A DNA stretch of 64,000 bases from the human T2T-CHM13v2.0 reference genome, Homo sapiens: NCBI RefSeq assembly GCF_009914755.1, contig NC_060939.1; one strand, written 5' to 3'. Each line of letters starts with the position of its first letter. The first letter of the stretch is position 1. The notes under the pieces are model-generated. The model was not told the origin of the DNA and did no database searches. It worked only from the letters and a program-made list of their open reading frames with translations. Below, piece by piece: positions 12,266 to 24,660 of this stretch. Both the position numbers and the translations under genes were made by a program.

Positions 12266-13084
12266 ACACTGCACATTCCTTTGAGAAAATGTCCAGGGCT
12301 GTCACATGGGCACTCTACAACAGCTTTTGGAGGAGGCAAGTCTTAACCATGCATCTTAAAACAGGATAAATGGCTTTGCAGCACACTAAAGGGCCGTCCC
12401 TGGGAGAAGAGGAGGAGTCCCCTCTTACCAGGCCTCTTCAGAGAGCCCCAGGTCAGGGCTGTGTCTCCTCCCCCAGTCCAGGCCTCTTCCCTGACTGCCT
12501 GCCTGGCAGAAATGGCCCCTGGCTGCCCTCAGCCTCCTGGCCCGGCCAGGTCTGGCGGTGATCGATCCTGCCCAGGTGCAGGCATTTTAGGCAGCTGCCT
12601 CTCCCACTGCCTGGCAGTGTGATTAATGCTCACCCTGCGAAGAGCCCACTCATCATGGACATGCCACATGCCCACCAGCTAGAGGCAGGTGGGCTGCACC
12701 AGCGTCTGCTGAGTCCCAACCCCCAGAGCTCACCCTGTTCCGGCCAGGCCAGAGACCAAAGCCTCGTTCGTCTCGGCTGCTGAGGGCTGGGGGCTGGGAG
12801 TGGGTGCCACACACAGGGGCCACACCTGGAAGGGGGTTTCCTGTGGCCCTCACAGCCTCACTCCTACCCTCTCCTCCCAGCCTCCAGGGAGGGGTCTGAG
12901 GGCAGCTCCAGCTCCAGCTTGGGGATGGGATGAAGCTAATGGGAACCCCGCCTCATCCACTCCCTCCTAGCTGTGTGACCTCAGGCAGGCCTCCTTGTCT
13001 CTGGGCCCGTTTCCATGTCTGCAATGTGGGCATCACACTTCTCCCTCACTAGCCCTTGGGAGGAGCCATGAAGACAAATGCTTG

Positions 13085-13298
13085 GAATGTAGTCCAGACT
13101 GCCGAGGTTCAAATCCCCACTCTGCCACTTAAGGACTGTGTACTTTTGGGCAAGTTTCTCATCCTCTGTCTGCACTTCAGTTCTCTGTAGAAACAGCTCA
13201 TGGACTGTAGCGAGGATTAAATAAATAACTATTTGTAAATTGCTTAGCACAGTGCCTGGCACATAGCGGGCACTGAGGAAACAGGAGCTGTTATTACT
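13085..13298 (+). mobile_element. MIR SINE
   Basis: ggttcaaatcccc..tctgccactta, tgggcaagtt, gaggattaaat, cttagcacagtgcctggcacatag. Confidence 0.9.
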
Positions 13299-14561
13299 CT
13301 GGGTCTGCTGTTGCTGTCCTATTTCACAAAGCTGTTTTGAGGTCTGGACTTGGCCAAGTATTTGCAAGGTATTCTGCAAAGTGGAAAACCCACTCTCTGC
13401 GATGACTGAATGTCCATTCTCTTTAACCCTCCTTCCCTGCAAGGCTTATGGCACCCACACCCACCCAAGCGCCCAGTTGGCACTAGGAGGGCCCAGCCGG
13501 CACTGGGAGGGAAGCTGGGAAGACTCCACTCTGCCTCTGGGCAGCTCAGTGCCAGTGGGGAGATGATGGAGGCACATCCAGGTCAGAGAGCACTTGCAGA
13601 GTTGGGCTAAGGAAGGGGATGCAAAGAAGCCCCAAGGGCTGAGCTAGGCTCAGGATTAGAGATCAGAGGCCAGGTGCAGGGAGGCGCAGCTGATTATCAG
13701 CCAATGAGGAGACACTGAGGGTCCTTGAGGAGGAGGGCAGAGCAAGCAGAGCTGGTCTCAGGCCCAGGACTGCAGATGTGCAGACCCAGCTTAACCCTTG
13801 CTCCTCCCTGTGCAGACCCAGCTAGACAGAAGAATCCAGAGCTGGGAGGGCTGGGAGCTGGTGGAGGGAGAGCAGGGCAAGCATCAGGGGCTGTGGCCCA
13901 GTGGTCCTTGTCCTGGGCCCCAGATCACTCTGTGCAGGAAGAGGATCTCCCTGCCTGGAGTTGGCCAGCCCTCTGACCCAGGTCTGAGATCTGACCTCCA
14001 CTCTCCACACTCTGAGCTGCCGTGGGCTGCAGAGATGTTGGAATAGATATGGCTCCCGCTCCTCCAGGAAACCTACTCCTTCTCAAGGACTATATGCTGT
14101 TTTGCTCCTGTGGACAGCACAGTTCTCATAACTGATAGTTCCCTTTTCATTCTGACTACCAGGAATCATAGAACCAACTATTCAGCCCAAGATTGGACCC
14201 TCTGTATCCGTGTTCTAATGCTCCCCAAGCTTTTCCTTGCTATTGCATCCTATTTTCCCCTGCCTTGAATTGTCTACCTTGGTATCACAATTATGCTTAG
14301 CTCTCACAAATACTTATTGGAATAAGGTAGGTATAAATATAAAAATAGTTAATGTGCAAAATGGCAAATCCCCTCCGTCCCCCACATTTACCTGCTCCCC
14401 AGGGAATGAAAAACTCAGGACTGGAGGTCCGGGGTTGGGAGCGTTGTTGGGGGAGTAGGGGGAAGGCTGAAGCAGGCCCCAGCCCTGTCCCTCTTGGCTC
14501 TGGCATCTAGTTGCACATAGGAGGAAGGCTCTGCTTTCAACCTAGAATGTTCTATAGCCCT

Positions 14562-14825
14562 GCTAATAACAATGACAACTTTGACTAGAATTTACTGAGT
14601 GCCTACTACATGCCAAGTGTCATTCCTAGTGCAGTACCTGACTATGCCATTTATCCCCTAACAGCCCTGTGAGGTGGGTTCTGCTATCATTTTCCTGTTA
14701 CCCAATGGGAAAACTGAGGCCCAGAGAGCTTAAGTAACATGTCTAAGACCACACAGCTGGTAAGTACTGGAGCTGGGACTCACGCTATGCTGTCTGATGC
14801 CACAAACCAGGTTCTCAGTAGCTAC
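14562..14825 (-). mobile_element. near full-length MIR
   Basis: tttactgagtgcctacta, aacagccctgtgaggtgg, aaactgaggcccagagag, cacacagctggtaagt. Confidence 0.9.
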
Positions 14826-15829
14826 CCATCTTGCCTCAGGGGCTCGGGCAGTGCACATGACTTTCTGAGACTGAGATGGTCCAGCGCCTGCCCCGTACCC
14901 GTCTGTGCCGGGCTGCCCCTGCCTCTCTGTCCCTCTATATCCAGACTGGTCCAGACTCTCTTTCCCTCTAGCTGCACAGGCAGGCATCAGGCCTGGGCCA
15001 CAGCATCAACCTGGGGGAGACACAGGCAGAGGGCATCAGTAGACGCTCTGGAGCAGCAAGGCAGGGGGAAAAAAGCCAGACTTTGGCATCAGAGTGGCAT
15101 GGGGCCCTCTTGAGCCTCAGTCTCCACATCTGTAACATGGGAACAGGAAGGACTTGCAGGCAGGTTAGACTGAGGGGAGGTGTGGCCCATGCCTCCCTCA
15201 GGCCTGGCCACAGAAAGGCTGGTAAATGACAGCTGGGGCAGGGTCCTGGCTCTTCAGCACCTTGAGGTGCTGTCCTGGGACTGCCCACTGAGAAAAACCA
15301 GAGCTGGGTCCCCCAGGACCTCTGGCCACCATTAGGGTCAGAATCCTGCCCCACAACTGCCTAGCTGTGTGGCCTTGGGCAAGTCACTCTGCCCCTGTGG
15401 CCTTGGATAACGGGAGAATGATGTTTACTCATGCTTGGCATTCAATGTCTTAGCTGAGAATTATTTTTATTATTCCGGGTACCTTCCAGCCCCCCAGACA
15501 CCCCTCCATCCTGGCAGGCAGGCTGGGGTGGGGGCAGAGTCATGGGAGGCACATGTGCGGGAGAACAGGCTGGGCCCAGACACCAGGCTCCAATGTAGAA
15601 GCCGCCCCCAGGTGCCAATACTGTAGGAGGTGGCAGAGAGCCGCCCCACTGCCCTAGTTTCCCAGAGAGCTTCCTTGCTGAAGTGGGGAGAGACTCGGCA
15701 CACAAATGCACATGCACACACATGCACATCCAGACCCACGCGTGTCCCCTGCCCGGGACAGCCAGAGCCTGGCACTAGAGCCTGCCCCACTCCTGGTGCC
15801 CTCAGCCCCTTCAGGGCACAGGACATGGG

Positions 15830-15980
15830 GAAGGGGATTCAATCCCAGCTCTGCCTTTTCTGTGACTTGGGTCAACTCAGCTTCCATATGTGGGCCTCCA
15901 TTTTTCATAGGGAAACAGGGATCATGGCTTCCCTCTCCTGCGTGAGAACCAACGATGTTCCATGTGTGAAGAGCCTGTGC
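15830..15980 (+). mobile_element. MIR fragment
   Basis: ttcaatcccagctctgcc..ctgtgacttggg; smaller MIR pieces also at about 15050-15170 and 15335-15400. Confidence 0.6.
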
Positions 15981-16384
15981 CAGTTCCTTCTCCTCACTCT
16001 CCTCCCTGCCACCATCCCAATGTGCTAGGCCTCTCCGCTCAACCCCAGCATTGCCACTGCTGCCTCTCTGTGCCCCATGAAAGCAGCCTCCTTATTTCCT
16101 CTAGGCTCAGAGATTTCATCCCTCTGTGCCTCCCCTACCCAGGTGGCTGAAAGCTCCTGTCACTGAAGCAGGGACAAGCTCTCTCCAGCTGCACACCCAG
16201 CTCCCTCCTGTCCAGCACTATCCCTGGCAGCCCTCAGTAACTGACACCCAGAGGGAGACAGCAGGGAAGAAGCTGGAGCCGCCTCCCCCACCACAACCAC
16301 AGCAGCCTGGATACAGGAACCCGAATGTCACTCAGTTCAGACTGAACTGGCTCTGCTGCCCACCCCAGCAGCCACCAACCACGG

Positions 16385-16575
16385 CAATGACAATCACAAC
16401 TCCACTGACAGGCCCTCACCACGTGCCAGGTCATGCATCATCTCATCTCATCTTCCCAATATGCCTATGAGAAAACAACTGCTGTGCCCATTTCACAGAT
16501 GAGGAGACTGAAGCACAGAGAAACCATGAACCCAAGTCTAGCTCAGGACTTGAGGTCTGCACTCTACACTTTACT
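16385..16575 (-). mobile_element. MIR SINE
   Basis: cacgtgccagg, cccatttcacagatgaggagactgaagcacagaga. Confidence 0.75.
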
Positions 16576-17989
16576 GCTAGGTCCACCCACAGCTCCTCAG
16601 AAATGCCCAGGACCAGAGGGCTGGCAGAAAGAGCAACGAGGCCTCCCTTCTGTGCTGGACTGAGGTGAAAACCAACAGCAGCGTTTGCAGCAGACACATT
16701 CTGACCTTAAAGTTAAAAATTAAGTTCCCAAGTATAGGATGTTGTTTAGGGAACTGGCCTAACACCCACCCCCGTGGTTCTGCTCCCGTTTTAGAAATGA
16801 AGGTAGCGCTAGCTTGCGTCCGCATCTCAAGCTCCCACAAAACGTCAGGCTGGTAAACTCTGGTGGTGATGATGGGGTGGCAAGAGGTGCCCAGCAAATG
16901 CACCCATCCAAGCAAGACCCTTTCCCCATGCCTGCTGGGCAGTGCCAGGTGGACTGAGGTCCCTTCTGGAGTAGGCTTCACATGTGCAGTCCCGTCAGAT
17001 GGGTGCTCGAGTGTGGCTTCCCCTCAGGCAGAGCTTCCGGCCAAGGCTGGCCACAGCCCACGCCAGCCCTGCCTGCACACAGAGCCCATGGTGGCTCCCT
17101 GCTCTGCACTCGGACAGATGCCGTTGTTGTAACTGTGGCTCCCGGGTTTGCATAATGCCTCCTTCCCGGCTCCCATGCCCCCCAGCACGCATGTTCAGGC
17201 TCTGATCTAGCACACAGGCTGCTTTTATTTCAAAGATTTCAAGAGGCCATCCCACGAGTCATAAATAATCGAAGGTGCTCTGATGCTGCGTCCAGGTGTG
17301 TTGACTGATAGCCCTCCCCACCGGCCACGGCCGGCCTCCTGGATTGGAGCCTGTCCCTTCCCAGCTCTCCCCTGAATGGCATCCCTTCCACTGAAGCCTG
17401 TGTCTGTAGATCCCTGAATTGCCTGCCCACCCTCCTTCCTGTTTCCAGGCCCTCTCAGCGTGCAGCAGCCACCCCCACAGCTCCCCCATCTATGTCAGGA
17501 CAAGCGCCTGGAACTCATTCTCACTGAACCGAGTGGGGCTGGGGCCCACTCAGCCACCCACAGGATGGCAGCTGAGGGCAGTTACTGTGGGGTAGCTTCT
17601 CAGAGGAGGCACACTCCGAGCAGAGGGGGCTGTTAGTGTCCAAGTACGGAGGAGAGGGAAGAGGGCATGTCCAGGAAGGACGGACGTGCCCCAGAGACAG
17701 AGAACCCAAGAGACTAGCCCAGGGGCTCCCTCTCACAATCTTGCTGGCTGTGGCTGCCTGGTCCACACACACATCTTCATGGATGCAGCCTCCAGCTCCC
17801 ACCCCCATGCCATGACCCTTGAGGGCCTGACCAGAGGATATGGTGGCCAAGGGCGTGGCCTCCAACCATAGCCCTCCTCTCAGGTAACCCACCACTGGGA
17901 GACAAAGTGTAGGGAGAGAGACGGATAGACCCATGGAACCTGGAGTAGAGACCAAGACCAAATCCTACCTCGCGACCGAGGCCTCAGGA

Positions 17990-18120
17990 AGGGAACAAAG
18001 TGCTCCCTCTCATGGCTTGCTGTTGCTAAGATTAATGAGCTAATTAAAGTATGAAGATGGTTTCTTGTACACTTAAAAAGAGGTGATCAACCAACACAAA
18101 TTAATCACAATTAGCAACCC
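17990..18120. promoter_or_regulatory. candidate enhancer island
   Basis: AACAAAG (SOX type), GTTGCTAAG (RFX half-site-like), ATTAATGAGCTAATTAA (18031-18047), TTAATCACAATTAG. Confidence 0.45.
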
Positions 18121-18294
18121 TCCTCCACGCAGTCTGCCTGGATTAGGTCCACTGAGCGTAGTTTCTCCTCTCCCAAATGACAGGAGGCTGCACTGGCCCT
18201 TGCAGGGGTGTCTGAGCTGCCGAGGGCTGCACTTCTCCGATCCCCAGAGTCCTTCAAACTCCTTCCAAGACTCTGCTGCAAAATGACTGTGTGT

Positions 18295-18425
18295 TTTCAC
18301 ATCTATTGAGCACCAACTGTGTGCCAGGCTCTTCGTACTTGGCCTTCTACACATGACACAGTGCTCAGGAGGATGAGCTACGAGGAGCTCCCTTTTACAG
18401 ATACGGAAATTTGAAGCCAGAGCCC
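18295..18425 (-). mobile_element. MIR fragment
   Basis: tattgagcaccaactgtgtgccaggc..ttttacagatacggaaa. Confidence 0.6.
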
Positions 18426-19978
18426 TAACTCCCGATCTCAGTTAACCCCTGCCCTGGGCCGTGCGGCAAGTTAGGCCAGGGCAGGGTGGAGGATGGACAG
18501 CCACACCCCTCCAGCCCCCACTACTTCAAATCCGCTAGTACTGCTGCTGCAGGCTTGTGAGGAGGGGTGCCGTCTCCCCAACTTCACACCCCTTCTGCTC
18601 CCTCCTGAGCACATAGGTAAGGCTGACTCAGAAGAGACGCCTGGGCCCTTGACACCAAATTAAAACCAGAATTCCGGAGAGGGAGGGAGAGCATGGAATT
18701 TTTTTTTTAATTAAAATACAAAACAAAACAAAACCAGAAACCCTCCCTGTAATCATTCCCAGGACAGAGTGTCCTTGGAACTGAAGTCAAAGTTGGGGGC
18801 TACTGGGGTCAGCCTTGCCGCCCCTCATCTAACAGTGATCCCCAGACACAGCAATAGTGTCTGAAAAATGCTTATCACAGAGTACAACCAGGCCCTAAGG
18901 TCAGAGCCTGACCACCCAGAGCACACCCTGCCCCAACAGATTCCCTGGCCTGTCCCCCACAGGCCGCCCACCTTACCTGGGTGGCCCACAGCTCTGCTCC
19001 TCCTCCAGGAGGAGCCTCCAGGATCCCCAAGTTCAAGGCTGGCTGGTGCCTGGGTCAGGCACCCACACTCCCCAGGGCCCCAGCGGTTGCTCTCCAAGGG
19101 CCCCCAGCGCCTATAACCCTGACCCATCAGACCAGGGAGCTGCCTTCCTCCTTTTTCCTAAAAGCTGATCCCCAAACCTTCCCACCCCCTACCTCGCCCA
19201 GTGACTTAAAAGCGCCCCTCCCCAGGAACATGGCTGGGGAAGGGAAAGGGGGGTCCAGGAGATGGGAGGGGAGAATGAGGTGGTAGAGAGAGGGCTGCTG
19301 CTCTGCACAGACCCCTTGGCCCTGCTGCATCCACCAACACAGACAGCAGCTGCTCAACTCACTCAAGCATCGTCTCAGGGCTCAGGGCTCCGGGCTCAAG
19401 ATCAGGGCCTCCTCGGTGGGACACCTGCAAAGAGACAGCAGGGAAGAGGTGAGGGGACAGTCAGATCGGGGCCTGCAGACCCGTCCTGTAGTCAACCCCA
19501 CCCAAGTCTCTGCCCAGCCTGGGCTTCCCTGTGTACTGGGCCAGATAGAGCAGGAGGAGACCTGGACCCTGCCCTCTGGAAGCTTGCGGGCAAGCCTAAA
19601 GATGCCACATTCATTCCAGAGTCAAGATTGCACTTTCGGTAAAGCAAGGGCCTGGGCTACAGCAGGCTGGGATTCAGGCACCCGCACAGCCCCGGAGGAC
19701 ATACAAACTAGACTTGCAGCGCAGCCCCCACCTATCCAAACCTGTGTGCAGCGGAAGCCACAGTTCTCTGGTTCCTGGACACACAGGGCTGAACCTCAAA
19801 TCCTCCCTCCTGAGGCCACGTGTGGCTTATGGTCCCAAGGAGCACAGAGGAGCTGGTGGGAAGGGAGTACCCAGGGCCACCTTCCCATGTCTGCCTGAGG
19901 TCTTTACCTGGGCCCAGTCTCAGCTTTGTCACTGGCTCACCCTGGGACCCTAACTGTGCCTCCCATCAGTACAGGCAG

Positions 19979-20146
19979 GTGCAGCAGAGTTGCTGGGACT
20001 TGTGCAAACACAGCTTGCTGGGCTCCACCCCGAGAGTTTCTGACCAGTAGGTCCTGGGGGTGGTGGGGCCTGAGGATCTGCATTTCCAACAAGCTCCCAG
20101 GTAATGCTGATGCTGCTGGTTGGGGATCACACTTTGAGAACTGCTG
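19979..20146 (-). mobile_element. MER5A (hAT-Charlie MITE)
   Basis: tgctgggctccacccc..gagtttctga..tctgcatttccaacaagctcccaggtaatgctgatgctgctggt..cacactttgagaactgctg. Confidence 0.9.
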
Positions 20147-20704
20147 GCCTTGAAGATGTGTCCAGCCTGGAAAGTACAAAGCCCACACCCTCAAGGAGTT
20201 CACAGGCTAAATGGGAGACCACTCATACACACACATGCATGTGTGCACACATATCTTACTCCCAGCAGCCATAGTGGAAATGTGGTTTCTGAACACTAAG
20301 GCGATCTGACAGGGGAGGGCTGTGGGCTGGTGCAGTCACGGAAGGCTTCCTAAAAGAGGTGAAGACCTAAATGACTACCTTCACATATTATGGCCTTATT
20401 ATGCAAATAACACATGAAAGCATTCTCTTTTTAAGAGGTTCAAATACAGTAGTCTGTAGAGTAAACACTCTCATTCCCAGTCACCTCTCCAGAGGTACTG
20501 ACTGCCATCCCTTTGGCATGAAACTTTAACTGTGCATTTGTACACATGTGCAAATGTGTGTGCAATCCTACCTGAAGGGGTAGGATCACTTGAGGTGCAC
20601 ACAGACATAGGGGTATATACCAGGGAGCACAGCACCTGTGCTTGTGTGCACCTGCATTCCTCACTTCACAACAGATTTTTGAGACCTTTCCCTGTCCATA
20701 CATA

Positions 20705-21310
20705 GCAATAACCATGCTTGTGCTCACTGAGCACCTACTGTGTGCCAGACCCTGGGCTGAGTGCTGTACCTCTTAACTCGTCTGATCCTATTAATAGATC
20801 CCTAAGTGGGTGCTGTGTTGATCCTCATTTTGTAGATGAGAAACTGAAGTGGGCCAGATGTGGTGGCACACACGTGTAATCCCAGCACTTTGGGAGGCTG
20901 AAGGGGTAGGATCGCTTGAGCCCAGGAGTTCAAGACCAGCCTGGGTGACATAGCAAGACCCTGTCTCTACAAAAAAAATAAATTAATTTAAAAAATTAGC
21001 TGGGCATGGTGGTGTGCACCTGTGGTCCTAGTTACTCAGGAGGCTGAGGCAGGAGGATCACTTGAGCCCAGGAGGTGGAGGCTACAGCGAGCTATGATCG
21101 TGCCACTGCACTCCCGCCTAGGTGACAGAATGAGACTTCATCTCTAAAAAAGAAAAACCAAAAAGAAAGAAAAGAAAAAAGAAAAGAAACGAAAACTGAG
21201 GTGCAGAGTAGAGTGGTGACCAGTAAGCCGCCTGAGTTTACAGCCAGGGCATAGTGGAGCCAAAGTTTGGATCTGGGCTGTGAAGTTCCAGCATGTTTTC
21301 CTAACGGACT
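20705..21310 (-). mobile_element. MIR split by an AluJ
   Basis: actgagcacctactgtgtgccagac..cattttgtagatgagaaactga, then the Alu, then aaactgaggtgcagag..tggagccaaagttt. Confidence 0.8.
20852..21192 (+). mobile_element. AluJ
   Basis: Full dimer with ggatcgcttgagcccaggagttcaag; (GAAAA)n tail; TSD aaactgaagtg / aaactgaggtg. Confidence 0.95.
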
Positions 21311-21764
21311 GTCACAGCTGAGCTTTCATGGTGCTGCACTGAGGCATGCCACGTGGGGTGTACCCTCACCTGTGTAATCAGGCCCCCAAGGATGAGTGCT
21401 TAGGTGTTTCCAATTTTTTATTTCAAACATTGCTGGAAAAAAATATCCTGTCTCATTGAACACATGTGTAAGTATTTCTCTGGGTGCCTTCCAAAAGGGT
21501 AGATCAAAGGGTATCCACGTTTTACATGTAGATACTTGCTGCCAAGTTGACCTCCATAAAACATGTGTACTGATCTGCAACTGTCCATTTCCCCATGTGA
21601 GCCCTAAGTTAGAACAGTTCCCATTTACTCAGCACCTGTTGTGCATCAGATCCAGTAACATCTGGGTTGTCACCTCCATTCTGCAGAAAAGGAGACTGGC
21701 TCAGAGAGGTTATGCTGCTTGCCCAAAGCCACAGAGCAGAGCAATTTGCCTCAATATTGTAAAA

Positions 21765-21868
21765 GAAAGAGAAGGGAGGGAAGAAAGGAGAAAGGGAGGA
21801 AGGGGAGGAAGGAGAGGGAGGAAGGAGAGGAAGGAGGGAGAGGAAGAGAGAGAGAGGGAAGGAGGGAA
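21765..21868. repeat. GA-rich polypurine low-complexity tract
   Basis: About 100 bp consisting only of A and G. Confidence 0.9.
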
Positions 21869-21869
21869 A

Positions 21870-23121
21870 TTCCTTGACCTCACATGCCCTCCCATTTCTC
21901 TGCTTCCCTTTAATAGCAAAACTCAAGAGCTATCTCTACTGTCTCCACCCCTTCACTTCCAGTTCCCTCTCCAGTTCTGTCCCCACCACTCCACAAAACT
22001 GCTCTTATCAAGGTCCCCCAGAAACCTCAGTTTTGCCAAGCCCAATAGTCATTCTCTGTCCCCTCACTGGTCCCTGAGCTCTCAGCAGCATCTGACATGG
22101 CTGATTGCTTTCTCCATCAGGTGACATTTTATCTCTGGGTTTCCAGGACTTGGCCTCTCCTGGCTGTCCTCCTACACCTTCTCCCCTCTTACCTAACTTC
22201 CCTCCAAGCATCCGAGGCCCCAGGGCTCACCAGGACATCCTCTCCATCCCATCCTGTCTGCACACTCCTCAGCTTAAACCCCTGCTGTGCCCCCAGGTCC
22301 CTCTCACCAGCCTCAGCTCCCTCCTGAATGCCAGTTCGTGTTCAGAGGCCTATTTGTCATCTCCGCTTGCTCATCTAACAGACCTGTCCAAAACAGAACT
22401 CTTCATTTTTATCCCCAAATTATGTTTCCCTCAGCCTTGACTTCTCTCTTTCTCCCTCGGCCCATACCCAAGCCATCAGCAAACCCTATCAGGTCTATCC
22501 CAGAACACATCCAGAACCTGACTGCTTCCCCCAGCTCCTCTGCCCCGCCCTGGCCAGCTCTTGCCTGGATTATTGAAACAGCCTCCTCCCTCACTCAGCT
22601 TCTTGCCTCCACCTCTGGCCCCAAACTATCAGAGCAGCACGATGACGGAGAGAATCAGGCCCTGTGGCTCCCTGCCATAAGCCCATGGTACAGACTGAAG
22701 TCCAAACTCTCTCCAAAGCCTTCGAGGCCCTGCCCACCTCTCAGAAATCATCTTCCACCATAATTGGCCTCCTTCCCACACGGGCCAGTCTCAGGGTTTT
22801 TGCCCTCTCGCTCCTTCTACCAAAGGTTCTTCCCCCAGACTTTCTTACCATCCCATTCAAATGAGCCCTCTTACCATCCCTAGGCACCCTAGGTAAAATG
22901 CCCACCATGCACCCCAGTCTCTCCCAATTTTCTAAGCATTTCCTCCGCCTGACATTATATTGTCTATTTATGTGTGGCCTTGTTTCCTGTCTGCCTCCTC
23001 ATCACAACATAAACTCCATAAGGCAGGCAGGGCCCGAAGCCACCTTGTTCACCTCTGGATTCACCTCTGTACTATGTGCAGTGCTTGGCACCCAGGAGAC
23101 AGTCAATACATATTTGCTGAA
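21870..23121 (+). mobile_element. L2 LINE (RT remnant through 3' end)
   Basis: caccactccacaaaactgctcttatcaaggtc and ctctcagcagcatctgacatggctgat resemble decayed L2 RT motifs HSTETAL..V and LSAAFDTVD; 3' end gtgcttggcacccaggag..tcaatacatatttgctgaa. Confidence 0.85.
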
Positions 23122-23213
23122 GGAAGGAGGGAAGGAAGGAAGGAAGGAAGGAAGGAAGGAAGGAAGGAAGGAAGGAAGGAAGGAAGGAAGGAAGGAAAGA
23201 AGGAAGGAAGGAA
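23122..23213 (+). repeat. (GGAA)n microsatellite: 17 consecutive units, 21 in total
   Basis: Uninterrupted GGAA at 23130-23197, plus one unit upstream and three downstream. Confidence 0.97.
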
Positions 23214-23359
23214 GGGGCACAGCCAACTCTACCAGACTCCGAAGCCTGTGTTCTTACTCCCTACATGAACTGCCTCCCATATGAAGAAGCAGGCAGGAGC
23301 CAGAGGGCATGCCCAGCAGGCAGGACACACTGCAAAGGCAGGGAGGTGGAAGCGAGACT

Positions 23360-23775
23360 GAGGTCCGGCCAGCTGGCGCAGCAGCGCACACTGCACAGCA
23401 GTGGGGCCCCAGCCTCCCTGGGATAACAGGCCCAGCAGCCCCCACCCCAGGGAGTCTGCGGCTCTCACACCTGCCAACCTGTCCCATTCAGGAGGGAGAC
23501 TTGGGGGCGGCCGGCAGCTGAACGCAGCCGGCGGGGGGCCAGGATGCCTGCCAACAGCTGGTGCCGCTGCCAGGCAGCCCAGTAATTGTGTTCGCAGCGG
23601 AAATTGGTCCAGGGAGTTTTTTCCTTTCGCCTTCCATTTTCTTTCTCTTCCCTTCCCCCCTTGGAGCTGCAAGACCCAGAAGATTGATCTTTGCCTGAAA
23701 CGGAGGAGATAACTCGATATAATGAACTCCACGGTCCCTCTTGCTGTTTGGAGCTTTTAAAAAATTTAAAAGGGC
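23360..23775. promoter_or_regulatory. candidate enhancer (CpG-containing, E-box cluster)
   Basis: CAGCTG at about 23370, 23515 and 23555, TAATTG, CGGAAAT (ETS type), locally retained CpGs. Confidence 0.45.
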
Positions 23776-24317
23776 CAGGGACAAAAAACCAACCCCTTGG
23801 GGGCCTCAGGGGCTGCTTCCCCTCCCTCAGAAGCCCCTGGTCCTACTTCTGTGCCCCTCTGCAGCTCCCCATCTCCTTCCTTTCCCCTCCTTTTTCCCTT
23901 GGGATGCCTTGATGGAACAAAGGTTAAAATACCCCTTTCTCTTGCAAGCTTTAAAAATACTTTTGGTGAGGTCAGGGCTGGGTCCACCAATCACCCTACC
24001 TCCCAGGCCCCTGCCACTGTGACGGCTCCCTCTCCCAAGAGTTACCAGCCAGCCTGGGGGTGACAAGTTGGCTCAGTCCACCTGTTCTCAAAGCATTTCA
24101 GGAGGCCCAGCCCACCCACTGAGGTGCTGCCAAAGACAGCTTTTGTTCCTACAAGTGGTTCTTTAAAGAGCCACCTATGATACACAAAGGGAGCACAGCG
24201 GTGGCTGGGATGGCTGGAACAGAGGAGCTGCCCCTGCTTCCTGGAGGTCTGTGCCTCCCCCCAATGCATCAGCCAGCAGCCCCTCCAGCCAGTTGCTCCT
24301 GGGCTCTGTGCCCTGCA

Positions 24318-24660
24318 TGCATTCACATATTCAGCCAGTGTTTATGGAGCACCTATCCTGTGCCAGGCACTGAGCTGAGAGCTGGGGACCTAGGGGACCA
24401 CCAAACCCTTCTGATTCCTGCCCTCAGTGGCTGTAAAGCCTGGTGGCAGAGGCAGTCATTAATCAATGGCCACACTTGGGTGGGAGACACACTGGGATGA
24501 GGGCTTTAAAGGAAAAGCCAAGGAGCCCTGACAGCATGGACAGTGTGGTCAGGGAGGGCTTCCCTGAGGAAGTGTCCTTGGAGCAGAGGTCTGAAAAACA
24601 AGTATGAGACCGCCAGACAGAGGATGTGGGTGGAGGGCTCCAGGCATTATGGGAAGGGTC
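24318..24660 (-). mobile_element. L2 3' fragment
   Basis: attcacatattca..tttatggagcaccta..tgtgccaggcactg, gtggtcagggagggcttccctgagga. Confidence 0.8.

Larger units (their letters stand above)
20395..21600 (-). mobile_element. old L1 (L1ME-like) relic split by a MIR and an AluJ
   Basis: L1-antisense blocks at about 20395-20700 and 21310-21600 (taggtgtttccaatttttt, tgtgtaagtatttct, atcaaagggtat, atacttgctgccaa). Confidence 0.55.

Noticed and set aside
21396-22124. Longest ORF (242 aa)
   Set aside because: It runs through L1ME, MIR, a GA tract and L2 sequence, so it is a chimaera of repeats.
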